Of a stretch of DNA of 64,000 nucleotides, positions 40,707 through 50,760 are shown in pieces. Position numbers and translations under genes: made by a program. Under the pieces are notes generated by a model. It worked only from the letters and a program-made list of their open reading frames with translations, did not search any database and was not told where the DNA came from. The stretch is from Thermoproteota archaeon (GTDB lineage Archaea; Thermoproteota; Thermoprotei_A; Sulfolobales; Ignisphaeraceae): contig JAUQPB010000001.1 in assembly GCA_030550585.1 (NCBI GenBank), positions 352,001 to 416,000 of the forward strand, in the 5' to 3' direction. Numbering within the stretch: position 1 is the first letter of the stretch; every line of letters begins with the position of its first letter.

Positions 40707-41163
40707 CAGCTACCTTTATCTCCCCTTTGTATATAGCCTCCAAAGCCCTGAAAATCTCTTTTGGATTTGGAGGGCACCCAGGTACACAAATGGTGACTGG
40801 AATAACCTTTTCAACACCACCCAAAACTGTGTATCCACCAGAAAATATGCCCCCACTGCATGCACAAGTTCCAATAGCGACGACATACTTCGGCTCTGGC
40901 ATCTGATCATATATGAGTTTTAGGGATTTCGCTACCTGTAGTGTTACCGGACCTGTGACAACAAGAACATCTGCATGCTTGGGAGAGGCAACTAGCTTAG
41001 CTCCCAAACGCTCAACATCATATAACGGTGTTAACGCTGCAACAAACTCTATATCACATCCGTTACAGCCTCCACTATTAAAATGGAAAATCCATGGACT
41101 CTTCCTAACAAGCCTTCTGTCAAATGACTCATGCTCACTTCTTTGCCCATCTGCCATAGTCAC
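40672..41163 (-). CDS. Hydrogenase small subunit (NuoB-like)
   Basis: GGCNGCDIE, SPKHADVLVVTG, GTCACSGG, VPGCPP. Confidence 0.94.
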   Translation of the reverse strand: MTMADGQRSEHESFDRRLVRKSPWIFHFNSGGCNGCDIEFVAALTPLYDVERLGAKLVASPKHADVLVVTGPVTLQVAKSLKLIYDQMPEPKYVVAIGTCACSGGIFSGGYTVLGGVEKVIPVTICVPGCPPNPKEIFRALEAIYKGEIKVAGGGCGEEQNRG

Positions 41164-41522
41164 ACACCTTCAATTGATAGTATAGCAAGCAAAACATAGA
41201 TTACAAAACCCAGCAAGAATGAAAACAAAGCATAATAAGAAAATTCTGTAAACAGAAATATCGTTACAATACATTCAATGGATAAAAGCAAAGGCAAAAC
41301 CACTACAATACTCGTTACATACCTATAGAAGTGCTCCGGAATTATAAGCCCACCCTCAAAAGGCTTAACAAAATTGATTTTAGATCTACATCCAGAACCT
41401 TTGACACATCTAATTAGTATTGGCAAGTAAAACAAAGCAACAACAAAAACTACTAAAGAGGTGATTGCATAAAATATGCCTGATATCAAACTTGTTACCC
41501 TCTTAGCTAAAGAGACTTGCAT
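41160..41522 (-). CDS. NuoA-like membrane subunit
   Basis: TM1 - KPFEGG loop - TM2 with Glu - TM3; first gene of the operon. Confidence 0.65.
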   Translation of the reverse strand: MQVSLAKRVTSLISGIFYAITSLVVFVVALFYLPILIRCVKGSGCRSKINFVKPFEGGLIIPEHFYRYVTSIVVVLPLLLSIECIVTIFLFTEFSYYALFSFLLGFVIYVLLAILSIEGV

Positions 41523-41533
41523 ACACTATATTT

Positions 41534-41583
41534 AAGACTTTAGTCTTGTTTCTGATACATAGTTATACTCAGTTATACTGAGT
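41534..41583. promoter_or_regulatory. Two palindromes upstream of the hydrogenase operon
   Basis: AAGACT-TT-AGTCTT (41534-41547), next to a TTAAATATA box on the minus strand, and ACTCAGT-TAT-ACTGAGT (41567-41583). Confidence 0.4.
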
Positions 41584-42297
41584 CTTAATTATAATTGCAA
41601 ACTAGAAACATAAAAATACAAACTGTTTCAGAATAGAATGGGCGTAATCGAATTCAAACGATCCCTACCATACAGCGTTCAAGATAGTTAGCATGAATAT
41701 TCTAAAACACCAATATGCCGGGTTTTCTCAGCTGAAAAATTAGGTGATATCCCTCTTGTTTGCAACTGATGAAGCCAACATACATATCTATACAGTTGAT
41801 ATAACCACTAAAAGGTGGTTGCGCTGACCTCATTGCACTAGCTAAGCCATATGGTTTTGGAGGCTCCGCTGTTATATGGACTATGACTAGTTATAAAGTA
41901 GTAGAAAGTAATGGTAGGTAAAGAAATAGTTGGTGCCGACACACTCATGGTTTGCATAGAATCAATTAAATATTATGATTCTTCAGCAAGGAGAAGAACC
42001 TTCTATTTCCAATGCCAGAGCCGCGGATTACCAGCTTAGTTGTCGCTGAAATAGCACTAATAGTTTTCTATTATGTGGCCAAGAATGCGATTCATCTAGC
42101 ATTAATAATAATATTGTGTTAAAACCTTATGTAGTTAATCTCCCATAGGCTTCAGGAAGAGACCTTGAAAACTTTAAAGCACAATATTTCTATGACCAGT
42201 CTCTAACGATATGCCTGTCAATGATCCCTACTATAGGCCTGAAAAGCTGGGTTCTGCCAAGAATTTTCCCATATAGGTTAAACGTAGAAGAGAAGAA

Positions 42298-42373
42298 TGC
42301 GGCGGCCGGGATTTGAACCCGGGATCTCCGGCTTGGAAGGCCGGCGTCCTAGACCAGGCTAGACGACCGCCGC
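42298..42373 (-). tRNA. tRNA-Gly (anticodon TCC), intronless, no encoded CCA
   Basis: GCGGCGG acceptor stem, CCGGC-CTTCCAA-GCCGG anticodon arm, GGTTCAAATCC T-arm. Confidence 0.97.
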
Positions 42374-42402
42374 CTTTTGTTAATAATAAAATGATTGGAT
42401 TT

Positions 42403-43134
42403 TTAAGTGTTTGTGGTTTGTTTTTGTTTTTTGAATTCGTTTGCTACATTGGTGAAGATTTCAATTACCTTTCTCTGGTATTCTTGGTCAATCCTATACC
42501 AATACACCGGTTTTTCAAGACCTTTCAATGCTTTAATTAGTAACACCACACCCCTGACAACGTTAGCTACATCAAGTAAGAAGCTTTTGTTTTCTATTGG
42601 ATCTTCTTCAGATTCATGGTATGCTAGAGCCCACGGCGGGATTGCCACACCCATACTATTTAGTGTTACCATGAGATTTTGTATTACAGCCAAAGCACCT
42701 GTGTCATTGCCTACGGCTATAAATCCTGCTACTTTCCCCTCTAATCTGCTTCTACCTTCAATGAATATAGCATTCTCAAAAACTGTTAGCCTGTCGATGA
42801 AGTTCTTTAATGGTCCCGGTACGTTGTACCAGTAGACTGGAGACACAAATATCATTCCATCAGCTTGCTCAACCACGCTATAGATCTTTTTCATATCATC
42901 TTCGTACACACATGGCACTTTGCATAACATAACATCGTCTGAGACACAGCCCTTGCAAGGCTTAATATCATAGTCGTAAACATCGATTTTAATAGCATTA
43001 ACATTTTCAATTTCTATAGCCATTCTCCTCGCAGCTTCAGCTACAAGCCTAGCAACTCCATATTTCCTTGGCGATGCACTTACAATTAAGATTGAGATTG
43101 TTGAGCCCATAAATAACACCTTGACACAATTCAA
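42403..43134 (-). CDS. Iron-sulfur flavoprotein / flavodoxin-like protein
   Basis: ASPRKYG, IKPCKGC..C..C..DDM, SPVYW..LKNFIDR. Confidence 0.88.
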   Translation of the reverse strand: MNCVKVLFMGSTISILIVSASPRKYGVARLVAEAARRMAIEIENVNAIKIDVYDYDIKPCKGCVSDDVMLCKVPCVYEDDMKKIYSVVEQADGMIFVSPVYWYNVPGPLKNFIDRLTVFENAIFIEGRSRLEGKVAGFIAVGNDTGALAVIQNLMVTLNSMGVAIPPWALAYHESEEDPIENKSFLLDVANVVRGVVLLIKALKGLEKPVYWYRIDQEYQRKVIEIFTNVANEFKKQKQTTNT

Positions 43135-43386
43135 CCATAGTATTGAATATTGTTTTTACAAAATTTTGGGCAACGCCTATACAGTTTGTTGCTAAACCAG
43201 AAACGCTAAGGTAGAAATTATAAGCTTTAATCAATCTAGTTAGAAATTCATTAGAGATAACGATATCGACTATACATTGAATCAGTAGTAATGTCGCATT
43301 AGACAGCATTTGTTAACAGAAAAGTTTTTTATGAGTCTAATACTATTTGACTATAGTATATCGGTTAAGCTGAAGGGTGTAACAAT

Positions 43387-44055
43387 ATGGCTTTAGAGGA
43401 TTGGAGAACATATAAGAGGGTTGAAGCAGAAGTAAAGAAGGGTCTGACGGATGAGATACACGAGTTTCTAACAAAGGTCTTCAACGTATATATCGTTAGG
43501 TTTGGCCCCGATATGTTCAAGTATATAGAGGGTTTGAGGGATAAACTAATTTCTTTAACTACACGTTTTGATAACGATAAATATATAGATTTTTGCGATT
43601 CTTTTTCCAAGGTCTACAAGACAATCATGTTCGATAAGAATGTTGATTCTAAAAGCAAGGAAATAATTAAAGAGCTTGCCCAAAAAACAAATAGTTTCTT
43701 TAATTCCAAGGGTTTGCAGCTATGTGTAAAAGAATTGAAATATTATAAGCTGAAAATTAAGACTTTGTTTAGCGGCAAAAACCTTGATAATGCTATTGTG
43801 AGTATAGAGTCAGAAGGGCGTGTAGTAGCATCAACGAAAACAGATGAAAGTGGCTTGGCAGAAGTCGAGGTACCGGAAGGGAGATACACCATCTATGTAT
43901 ATAAAGATTTTGGAGAAGGAAAATACATCTATGAAGAGAAAGCAGTCTCAGTTCCGCAAGAAATGGAGATAATATTTGATGTCAAGGAGACAAAAAGCAG
44001 ATCAGAAATTGAAAAAGAGCGTGGCGGCAAACCTCTTATAAAAGAGGTTGCATAG
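43387..44055 (+). CDS. Hypothetical protein with C-terminal prealbumin/carboxypeptidase-regulatory-like domain
   Basis: Clean 222-aa ORF; NAIVSI...TDESGLAEVEVPEGRYTIYV. Confidence 0.7.
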   Translation: MALEDWRTYKRVEAEVKKGLTDEIHEFLTKVFNVYIVRFGPDMFKYIEGLRDKLISLTTRFDNDKYIDFCDSFSKVYKTIMFDKNVDSKSKEIIKELAQKTNSFFNSKGLQLCVKELKYYKLKIKTLFSGKNLDNAIVSIESEGRVVASTKTDESGLAEVEVPEGRYTIYVYKDFGEGKYIYEEKAVSVPQEMEIIFDVKETKSRSEIEKERGGKPLIKEVA

Positions 44056-44111
44056 CTGAGAACAAGCTGTACAACAGCTCAATAACCATCAACATTATTT
44101 TGTAGAGTAGA

Positions 44112-45182
44112 TTACATGATCAGCGTATCGACATCTACCACACACTGTTTTACAAATTCACTGTTTGGAGACTTGAATTGTAGATAAATAGCCGAGTTGT
44201 TTATCACTGCCATCGCTACTATGTTACGCAGATCTTCTATAGAATTGATCTTCATGTTATTGGCCTCTACCAGAATATCACCAACACCTACTTTACAGAT
44301 GTCAACCAATTTTTTGTTTAGAATGCCAACCACTATCACCCCGTTCTCAGCTCTAAGGTTCTTTAGCAAGCTAGATGACTGCAACAGTTTTAGTCCAAGC
44401 TTGACTGTAACTATCCTGCCAAATTTCTTTAACATAAGCAAATCCCTTGCAATTCTTGTAGAAGGTATTGCCAAAGAAAGCTCGTTAAATAGAACTGATC
44501 TTGAGATCGCCATGCCAACAACATTTCCATAGATATCAATTATAGGTGCGCCGCTCATCCCAGGGAGTATTGGCATATTCAACAGCATTAACCCCTCGAG
44601 CTCAGTATCGTCAACCGATGCTTTGACATCTAATCCGCTAACAAATCCATATGTTATAAAGTATCTGAGAAGCCCATAAGCAAAACCTGCCGATAAAACA
44701 ATAGAGCCTATATCAGCCACTGCGTTTCTTATATTCAGGGGCTTACCATTTCTTTCGGTAGCTAAGAAGATGATGTCATCATCTTTGCTCTCAGCAATTA
44801 TAGAAGCCTTTGAATAGTCCCCATCGTATGTCAACACATATAGATTATCCCCATTGCCAAATTTTTTAACAACATGATGAGCCGATAAAATGATGTTCTT
44901 GTCTACATAGAAACCTGTTGCAAGAGAGCTGTTAAAGCAATCATTATTAGTTTGGCCGTTGACACAAGCATCTTTACCAACCATAACCATTACTATAGAT
45001 TCTAATATAGAATGAATGACAGCTTTAACGCTATCTTCCAAACTCTTTAAGAAGGTATGTGAAAATGTGACAACATCATTTATAGGTTTTATCCTAGACA
45101 ATTCTGAATCCCTCTTACTACTTATACCCGCTATACTGCATCTTGATAATAGAACAATTATATCAAGACTGCCCCTCAACAA
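44112..45182 (-). CDS. Divergent HtrA/DegP-like serine protease with PDZ domain (start uncertain)
   Basis: ATGFYV..ILSAHHVV, DDII, PGMSGAP, GDILVEANN. Confidence 0.8.
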   Translation of the reverse strand: MLRGSLDIIVLLSRCSIAGISSKRDSELSRIKPINDVVTFSHTFLKSLEDSVKAVIHSILESIVMVMVGKDACVNGQTNNDCFNSSLATGFYVDKNIILSAHHVVKKFGNGDNLYVLTYDGDYSKASIIAESKDDDIIFLATERNGKPLNIRNAVADIGSIVLSAGFAYGLLRYFITYGFVSGLDVKASVDDTELEGLMLLNMPILPGMSGAPIIDIYGNVVGMAISRSVLFNELSLAIPSTRIARDLLMLKKFGRIVTVKLGLKLLQSSSLLKNLRAENGVIVVGILNKKLVDICKVGVGDILVEANNMKINSIEDLRNIVAMAVINNSAIYLQFKSPNSEFVKQCVVDVDTLIM

Positions 45183-45269
45183 CTAATATCTAGACACCGA
45201 CAGAACAAATCGTTAACCTGATTTGCGAACAAATATAGTTGGCGAGCGAAATCGGCTAGGACTATTCTA

Positions 45270-45560
45270 CTACCCATAATCTTTTTCAATAATATCAATA
45301 TCGCTATATCGAGGGTTGCATGAGTCAACAGGAAAGACGTCAATGTCACTTATGATAACATATGGCATTTCATTTTTTATCTCATTAACAATTTCATTGA
45401 TATTCATATGGTCTGCATTCTCAATACATACAAGTATTTCATCTGAATCTATGTCTTCTATGAAGCCACGTAGCTTTCTTATACGCATTTTCTCATATAT
45501 GAACCCCTTTAATCCAAACCCCCTTATAACGCCTTTGACAAGAATGAAATACGAACTCAT
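45270..45560 (-). CDS. Acylphosphatase-fold protein, degenerate active site
   Basis: ILVKGVIRGFGLK...LRGFIEDIDSDEILV aligns with VxGxVQGVGFR...GWVRNxxDG. Confidence 0.65.
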   Translation of the reverse strand: MSSYFILVKGVIRGFGLKGFIYEKMRIRKLRGFIEDIDSDEILVCIENADHMNINEIVNEIKNEMPYVIISDIDVFPVDSCNPRYSDIDIIEKDYG

Positions 45561-45748
45561 TTCGTCTTCACCTTCACAATTAATTTCAATTCTAAATTAA
45601 TCTCCAACATTTAGCATATGTGTTAACACAATGTTATTACATTTTTCAATAAAATCTGATTAATAATCTTATCTCAGAAAAGCCTCTTTGCACTCTTTTT
45701 AAGTTCTACCCTACTGCACTATCGATGAACGAATATGTTGATACAGTT

Positions 45749-46696
45749 TCAAAGTTCTTCAATCATAATGGGTACCTCTAACCTGATTACTGATCTTCCT
45801 CTATACAACTCCAATTCTACATAGCCTTTATCAATGCTCTCCTCTATCGCTATTCTAAGATCTTTTACGCTCTTTACACTTTTTCCATTCGCTTTTACTA
45901 TCACATCACCTTCTCTTATTCTTGCTCTATAAGCAGGTGATCCAGGAACCACTCGTACAACAACAACACCTTCTGAGGCTGGAAGCGATAAAACTGATGC
46001 TGTTGTTGGATTTAGTGGCGCTACATAGACTCCTATCCAGACCCTGACAGGTCTTCCAAACCTTCTAAGCATCTCTAGAAATCTTCTCACGGAGTTTATG
46101 GGGATTGCGAATCCTATTCCCTGGGCATATGGTATTATAGCTGTTGTCACTCCTATAGCCTGCCCCTCAACATTTATTAAAGGCCCTCCACTGTTACCAG
46201 GGTTTATCGCTGCATCGGTTTGGATTAGATCCTCTAATATTATGTCCTCGCCAACAATTGTTCTCCCAGTAGCGCTAACAACTCCTAGAGTTACTGATGG
46301 TCCTGGAAGACCGAGCGGAGAACCTATTGCCAGTACAAGCTCGCCAACCTTAACGGCATCTGAATCTCCTAGCTCAATTGGTTTAACACTTCTACGCACT
46401 CTCAGCAATGCTAAATCTCTTTGGTGATCCACAGCCAACACTGTTGCCTCTTCTGATGAACCATCATGATAAAGTACGTTAACGCTTACAGCATTTCTAA
46501 CAACATGAGCATTTGTAATAATGTATCCGGGCTCAATGACAAATCCTGATCCAAAGCCTGTGAAAGGCCTGTAGCCAAATAGTGTAAAGAGATGCGGTAT
46601 CTCCGTTATTATTGTTACAACAGATTCTTTAATATCCTCTACTAGCCTAGATATGTCTGAGCTGATTCTAGCCAAATAAGATTTTGTTGACTCCAT
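45749..46696 (-). CDS. htrA: HtrA/DegP serine protease with PDZ domain
   Basis: GSGF, ITNAHVV, DLALL, IQTDAAINPGNSGGPL. Confidence 0.95.
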   Translation of the reverse strand: MESTKSYLARISSDISRLVEDIKESVVTIITEIPHLFTLFGYRPFTGFGSGFVIEPGYIITNAHVVRNAVSVNVLYHDGSSEEATVLAVDHQRDLALLRVRRSVKPIELGDSDAVKVGELVLAIGSPLGLPGPSVTLGVVSATGRTIVGEDIILEDLIQTDAAINPGNSGGPLINVEGQAIGVTTAIIPYAQGIGFAIPINSVRRFLEMLRRFGRPVRVWIGVYVAPLNPTTASVLSLPASEGVVVVRVVPGSPAYRARIREGDVIVKANGKSVKSVKDLRIAIEESIDKGYVELELYRGRSVIRLEVPIMIEEL

Positions 46697-46714
46697 AAGA
46701 AATATTTGAAAAAG

Positions 46715-47401
46715 TTATTTTTTAAAAGCTTTTGCAGCAGCCATAGCCATATCATTTATTACTTTCGCAGGGTTTTGAGCCTTCATTATTGCAGAAGCCA
46801 CCAACACACCTGCTGTTCCAAGCCTAATCGCAGCCTCAACATCCTCTGCAGATGATATGCCTGCTCCAGTGAGAATGATAACATCTTTGTTTACTTCACG
46901 AACCCTCTGCACAGTATTTGTTATAACCTCTGGCTTGGCCTTTGAAACAGCTATTCCCGTTCCTATCAACTCCGGTGGCTCAACAGCTAGCGCCACAGGC
47001 TTTATTGCTGCAATAGCAGCTGCCGCAATTGGTGTATCAGCACAGACGAGGGTCTCAAGCCCATATTTTCTTGCAGCCTCAACAATGGCCACAATCTCGT
47101 CTAGCCTAATTCTGTGCTCACTGTGATTGATGAGAACGCCCTTAACATTCATTTCTTTCAGAGCTGCTACAGGCAACCACCCAGTATAAGCACCAAATTC
47201 ATATGGATCTGCATGCTGTGCAAAGACTGGTATTGAAACCTCTGAAGCAATTCTTCTAAGCTCTGTAGCTGGTGGAATAACTATAACCTCTACATCATAT
47301 TCCTTTGCCGCTTTCTCTGCAGCTTTAGCAATTTCCAACGCTTTTTGGCCAAAAGCTGTATTGTATGCCTTGAAATTGATTGCGAGTACAGGTGTTCTCA
47401 A
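46715..47401 (-). CDS. tpiA: Triosephosphate isomerase (archaeal type)
   Basis: INFKAY, FAQHAD, NHSE, AVEPPELIG, GAGIS, GVLVAS; TTG 47401 after GGTGG. Confidence 0.96.
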   Translation of the reverse strand: MRTPVLAINFKAYNTAFGQKALEIAKAAEKAAKEYDVEVIVIPPATELRRIASEVSIPVFAQHADPYEFGAYTGWLPVAALKEMNVKGVLINHSEHRIRLDEIVAIVEAARKYGLETLVCADTPIAAAAIAAIKPVALAVEPPELIGTGIAVSKAKPEVITNTVQRVREVNKDVIILTGAGISSAEDVEAAIRLGTAGVLVASAIMKAQNPAKVINDMAMAAAKAFKK

Positions 47402-47480
47402 GGTGTTTCCACCATTTGTTTGCGAACCCAAAAGCAATTAAGATATATTAAAAAAATAAAATAATTTATTAATTATATTT

Positions 47481-48638
47481 TTAGTCGTGGAGTAGCTCGG
47501 TCTTGACCTTTGGCCCTTTGACTTCGTATAGTTTTGACTCTATGAACCTGTTCTGGAGTTTCTGTAGAACAGCAGGTAATGTTGTGTACTCCATTTCTTC
47601 TGGCCCTAGCCTGTGTGGCATGAATGGTCCGTGCCTTCTCATATAATCTGCTATTACCTGTGCTGTCCTCCTCGCCTCGTCGAATGCTGGGTCGTCGAAT
47701 AGATCAGCTGGGCCTATCAGACGACCGTTCTTAACTTGGAATCCTAGGGCAACTACTCTTGGTGGTCCGTCGAATCTTGTGCACCTAGCATTTCTTTGGG
47801 ATACTGGCATTAGTGGTCCGAAGTGGCTTCCTCTCATCCACCCAGCTACTAGATGTGGGAATGCAAAGGGCTCTAGAACCTCACCAACTGCTGGGAAACC
47901 TGATTGAGCTCTCACAATTGCAACTGGATCATCTTTTCCTACATATTGGCCTGCAATCAGGTTTAGTCTCTCAACCGCTACAACAGCTGCAATTTCATTA
48001 TCTGATTTTCTATAGACCCTTCTAACAACAAACCTCCCGGGAGTGCCTATCAGTGCTAGTATATCATACATTTCTTCAGGAGAATTCATTACGACATATT
48101 TTCCAGCGATAACATCGTATATTTCAAATTTGAAGCCATCATGAAGTTTTGGATCTATTACTAGGCCTGCTGTTGTAAATGGATCTGCGAATATTCTGAA
48201 TAGTGGTAGGTTGAATGCGCCTGGCTCTGTCTTGTCAGCCATGAAGATGACTATGGGTTCTGCAGGCCTTTCAACAAACTCCATTTCAGCTGCAGCAGGA
48301 CCCAAACCTCTCACATTGCCTGAGAAAGCATCTGTTAAAAGGTCTTGGCCTGCAGCATATAGTCCGAGCTCTTTAGCTACTTTTGCTGCTTCTTTAAAAG
48401 CGTTCCATGCTGTTTCATGGATCTCGGGAGCGTCAACGCCTTTTCTATGGGACATTATGAGCTGTAGGTCGTCGCCTACATGAGTCACATAGTAGTCGAT
48501 TATTATGCCTTTGCTTTTTGCCTCGGCAAGAACTTTTGCAGCTGCTGCCATTGTGTCAGGGTGAACCACGTGGTGCCCTGCTAAAGATCCTATATCTGCC
48601 TTTATTACTGATATTGTCGTTTTTTGTTTTTCACTCAA
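47481..48638 (-). CDS. fbp: Fructose-1,6-bisphosphate aldolase/phosphatase (class V)
   Basis: ISVIKADIG, YVGKDDP, GWMRGSH, EMEYT. Confidence 0.97.
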   Translation of the reverse strand: MSEKQKTTISVIKADIGSLAGHHVVHPDTMAAAAKVLAEAKSKGIIIDYYVTHVGDDLQLIMSHRKGVDAPEIHETAWNAFKEAAKVAKELGLYAAGQDLLTDAFSGNVRGLGPAAAEMEFVERPAEPIVIFMADKTEPGAFNLPLFRIFADPFTTAGLVIDPKLHDGFKFEIYDVIAGKYVVMNSPEEMYDILALIGTPGRFVVRRVYRKSDNEIAAVVAVERLNLIAGQYVGKDDPVAIVRAQSGFPAVGEVLEPFAFPHLVAGWMRGSHFGPLMPVSQRNARCTRFDGPPRVVALGFQVKNGRLIGPADLFDDPAFDEARRTAQVIADYMRRHGPFMPHRLGPEEMEYTTLPAVLQKLQNRFIESKLYEVKGPKVKTELLHD

Positions 48639-48795
48639 CTCATATCCACCATAAATTGTGTCTTTAGATAGGTCTCCTTTTACTCAAATATAAACTTGTT
48701 TAATATGCTTTTTATATCAGAGTAAAATCAGTAAACTATACAATAATTAAATGTACTAAATAATGTATTAAATGTAGCCATCCAAAACAATAGAT

Positions 48796-50604
48796 CTAGG
48801 CTGTGTAGAAATATTGCCCAAGAGCTTTTTGCTCTCTGTCCAAGTAGCTACCAGGTTTGTTTATCCTAGGTCTACCTGTCTCTGGATCCCTTCTAACAGT
48901 TACGCCAACCTCTTTCAAGAATATATTAAAAGCTTTTGAAACAGTTGATGGTGCCATACCCAAACCTCTGACCCCAGGTTCTCCTGTAAAAACCATTAAT
49001 CTATCAACAGCATAGTCTATTAAAAGAATGTTATGATCTATTACAAATATTGGCACCTTTCTATTCCTTGCAACTCTTTTAATTGCTCTAGCAACCGATA
49101 ACTGATCCTCAACGTCTATGTGCGAGGATGGCTCGTCTAGTAGATAAACATCGGCTTCATTTATCAGAGTTTTTGCTATATAGAATTTCTGCAACTCACC
49201 ACCACTCAAACTCTCAAGTTCTTTCTTCAATATTCTGTCTACACCAAGCCTTTTGATTACCTCGATGTATAGCCAATTACCTTCTTCAAGCGCGTTTTTA
49301 TTTACCTCTTTCAAGCATTCTTCAACTATTGTACATTTGCCTCCTTCTCTACTAAGATACTGAGGTTTGTAGCTAATCTTGAGAGCTGGTGATGTAACAT
49401 AACCTTTGTCAGGCTCTAATTCACCAGCTAGAATTCTAATGAAGGTTGTTTTTCCTATCGCATTAGGACCTATTATCCCTATAACCTCTCCCTTCTTAAC
49501 TTTGCCCTCTTCAACTGAAAGCTCAAAACCTCCAAGTTTTTTGTACAGATGGCTCCAAAATATTATATCACTTTCATCGACTGCTACAATGTTCTCTCTT
49601 GAGTCATGTAACCTAAATGTTATTTGCTCATCTCTAATCCTCATATTCTCAGCTGGGAGAAACCCCTTTAGATAATGGTCTATACCAGCCTTTGCAGGGT
49701 AGGTCTTTGAGAAATATCCAAAAACTGCGGGAATTCCATATACAATCACTATAAGGTCTGCAACATAGTCTAAGAACATAATGTCATGATCAACAACAAA
49801 GATGTAAGAATTCTTTGGTTTCAACTCTGTTAAAGCCTTAAGCAAATTAATTCTCTCTCTAATATCTAGAAATGCTGTTGGCTCATCAAATATATATGCA
49901 TTAGCATCTCTCTCAAGAGCTATTGCAACTGCAAGCTTCTGCAGCTCACCACCACTAAGCGTCTTAACCTCTTTTGATAGCATGTTCTCCAGCTTTAGAT
50001 AATCTATAACATCCTTTAATATTCCTCTTTCATCAAATTTTCTCAACAGTTCATGTACGCTACCATGCTTCACATAAGCCTGAATAGCTTCTACATACTG
50101 AACCTTGTACACCACCTTAATCTTTCCACTATACAGCTTGCTAAAATAGTCATAGAATTGCGTACCTCTGAACCTCTCTAAGACGTACTCCTTTGAAGGC
50201 TCTCCATTTAATATTCCAAAATTTGGGATTAACAAACCGGACAAGATTCTCATTGCAGTTGTTTTACCGGCTCCATTAGGTCCTAACACGCCTATGATCT
50301 CATTTTCTACAGGTAGTGGTAGGCCATATAGGCTAAACGCATTTATGCCATATCTATGAACGATTCTTTCCTCTATTTCAGTTGGTAAATTGACTATATG
50401 TATAGCTTTGAATGGACATTTCCTAACACAAATACCACATGCTATACACTTGTCCTCATATATAACAGGTTTTCCCTGTTTCTCAGAGCTGAGCTCAATT
50501 GCTTTATACGGTCTTGTTTTGTTTATGGGACAAAAACGAATACATGGAATACCACATTTATTTGGCTGACACAATTCATAATCTATTGTGGCAATTCTCT
50601 TCAT
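48796..50604 (-). CDS. abce1: Ribosome recycling ATPase ABCE1/RLI
   Basis: N-terminal 2x[4Fe-4S], two ABC cassettes (GPNGAGKT, LSGGELQ), RPRINKPGSYLD. Confidence 0.97.
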   Translation of the reverse strand: MKRIATIDYELCQPNKCGIPCIRFCPINKTRPYKAIELSSEKQGKPVIYEDKCIACGICVRKCPFKAIHIVNLPTEIEERIVHRYGINAFSLYGLPLPVENEIIGVLGPNGAGKTTAMRILSGLLIPNFGILNGEPSKEYVLERFRGTQFYDYFSKLYSGKIKVVYKVQYVEAIQAYVKHGSVHELLRKFDERGILKDVIDYLKLENMLSKEVKTLSGGELQKLAVAIALERDANAYIFDEPTAFLDIRERINLLKALTELKPKNSYIFVVDHDIMFLDYVADLIVIVYGIPAVFGYFSKTYPAKAGIDHYLKGFLPAENMRIRDEQITFRLHDSRENIVAVDESDIIFWSHLYKKLGGFELSVEEGKVKKGEVIGIIGPNAIGKTTFIRILAGELEPDKGYVTSPALKISYKPQYLSREGGKCTIVEECLKEVNKNALEEGNWLYIEVIKRLGVDRILKKELESLSGGELQKFYIAKTLINEADVYLLDEPSSHIDVEDQLSVARAIKRVARNRKVPIFVIDHNILLIDYAVDRLMVFTGEPGVRGLGMAPSTVSKAFNIFLKEVGVTVRRDPETGRPRINKPGSYLDREQKALGQYFYTA

Positions 50605-50682
50605 AATGATTCACCTTAAAAAACAGTAATATTTTGTTAAACTTCATTGCTTTACATGCGTATTTTGACTGTGACTAGCTTG

Positions 50683-50760
50683 TTACCATTCTTCTTCTTC
50701 CCACTCCTCCTCTTCTTCCCACCATTCTTCCTCTTCTTCCCACTCTTCTTCAAACATCAT
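50683..50760 (-). CDS. 25-aa acidic Glu/Trp micro-protein MMFEEEWEEEEEWWEEEEEWEEEEW
   Basis: GAGGTG SD 8 nt before ATG, TTTATATA box ~36 nt upstream, mixed GAA/GAG codons. Confidence 0.7.
   Translation of the reverse strand: MMFEEEWEEEEEWWEEEEEWEEEEW

Noticed and set aside
42313-42540. 75-aa ORF
   Set aside because: Antisense to tRNA-Gly and the flavoprotein gene
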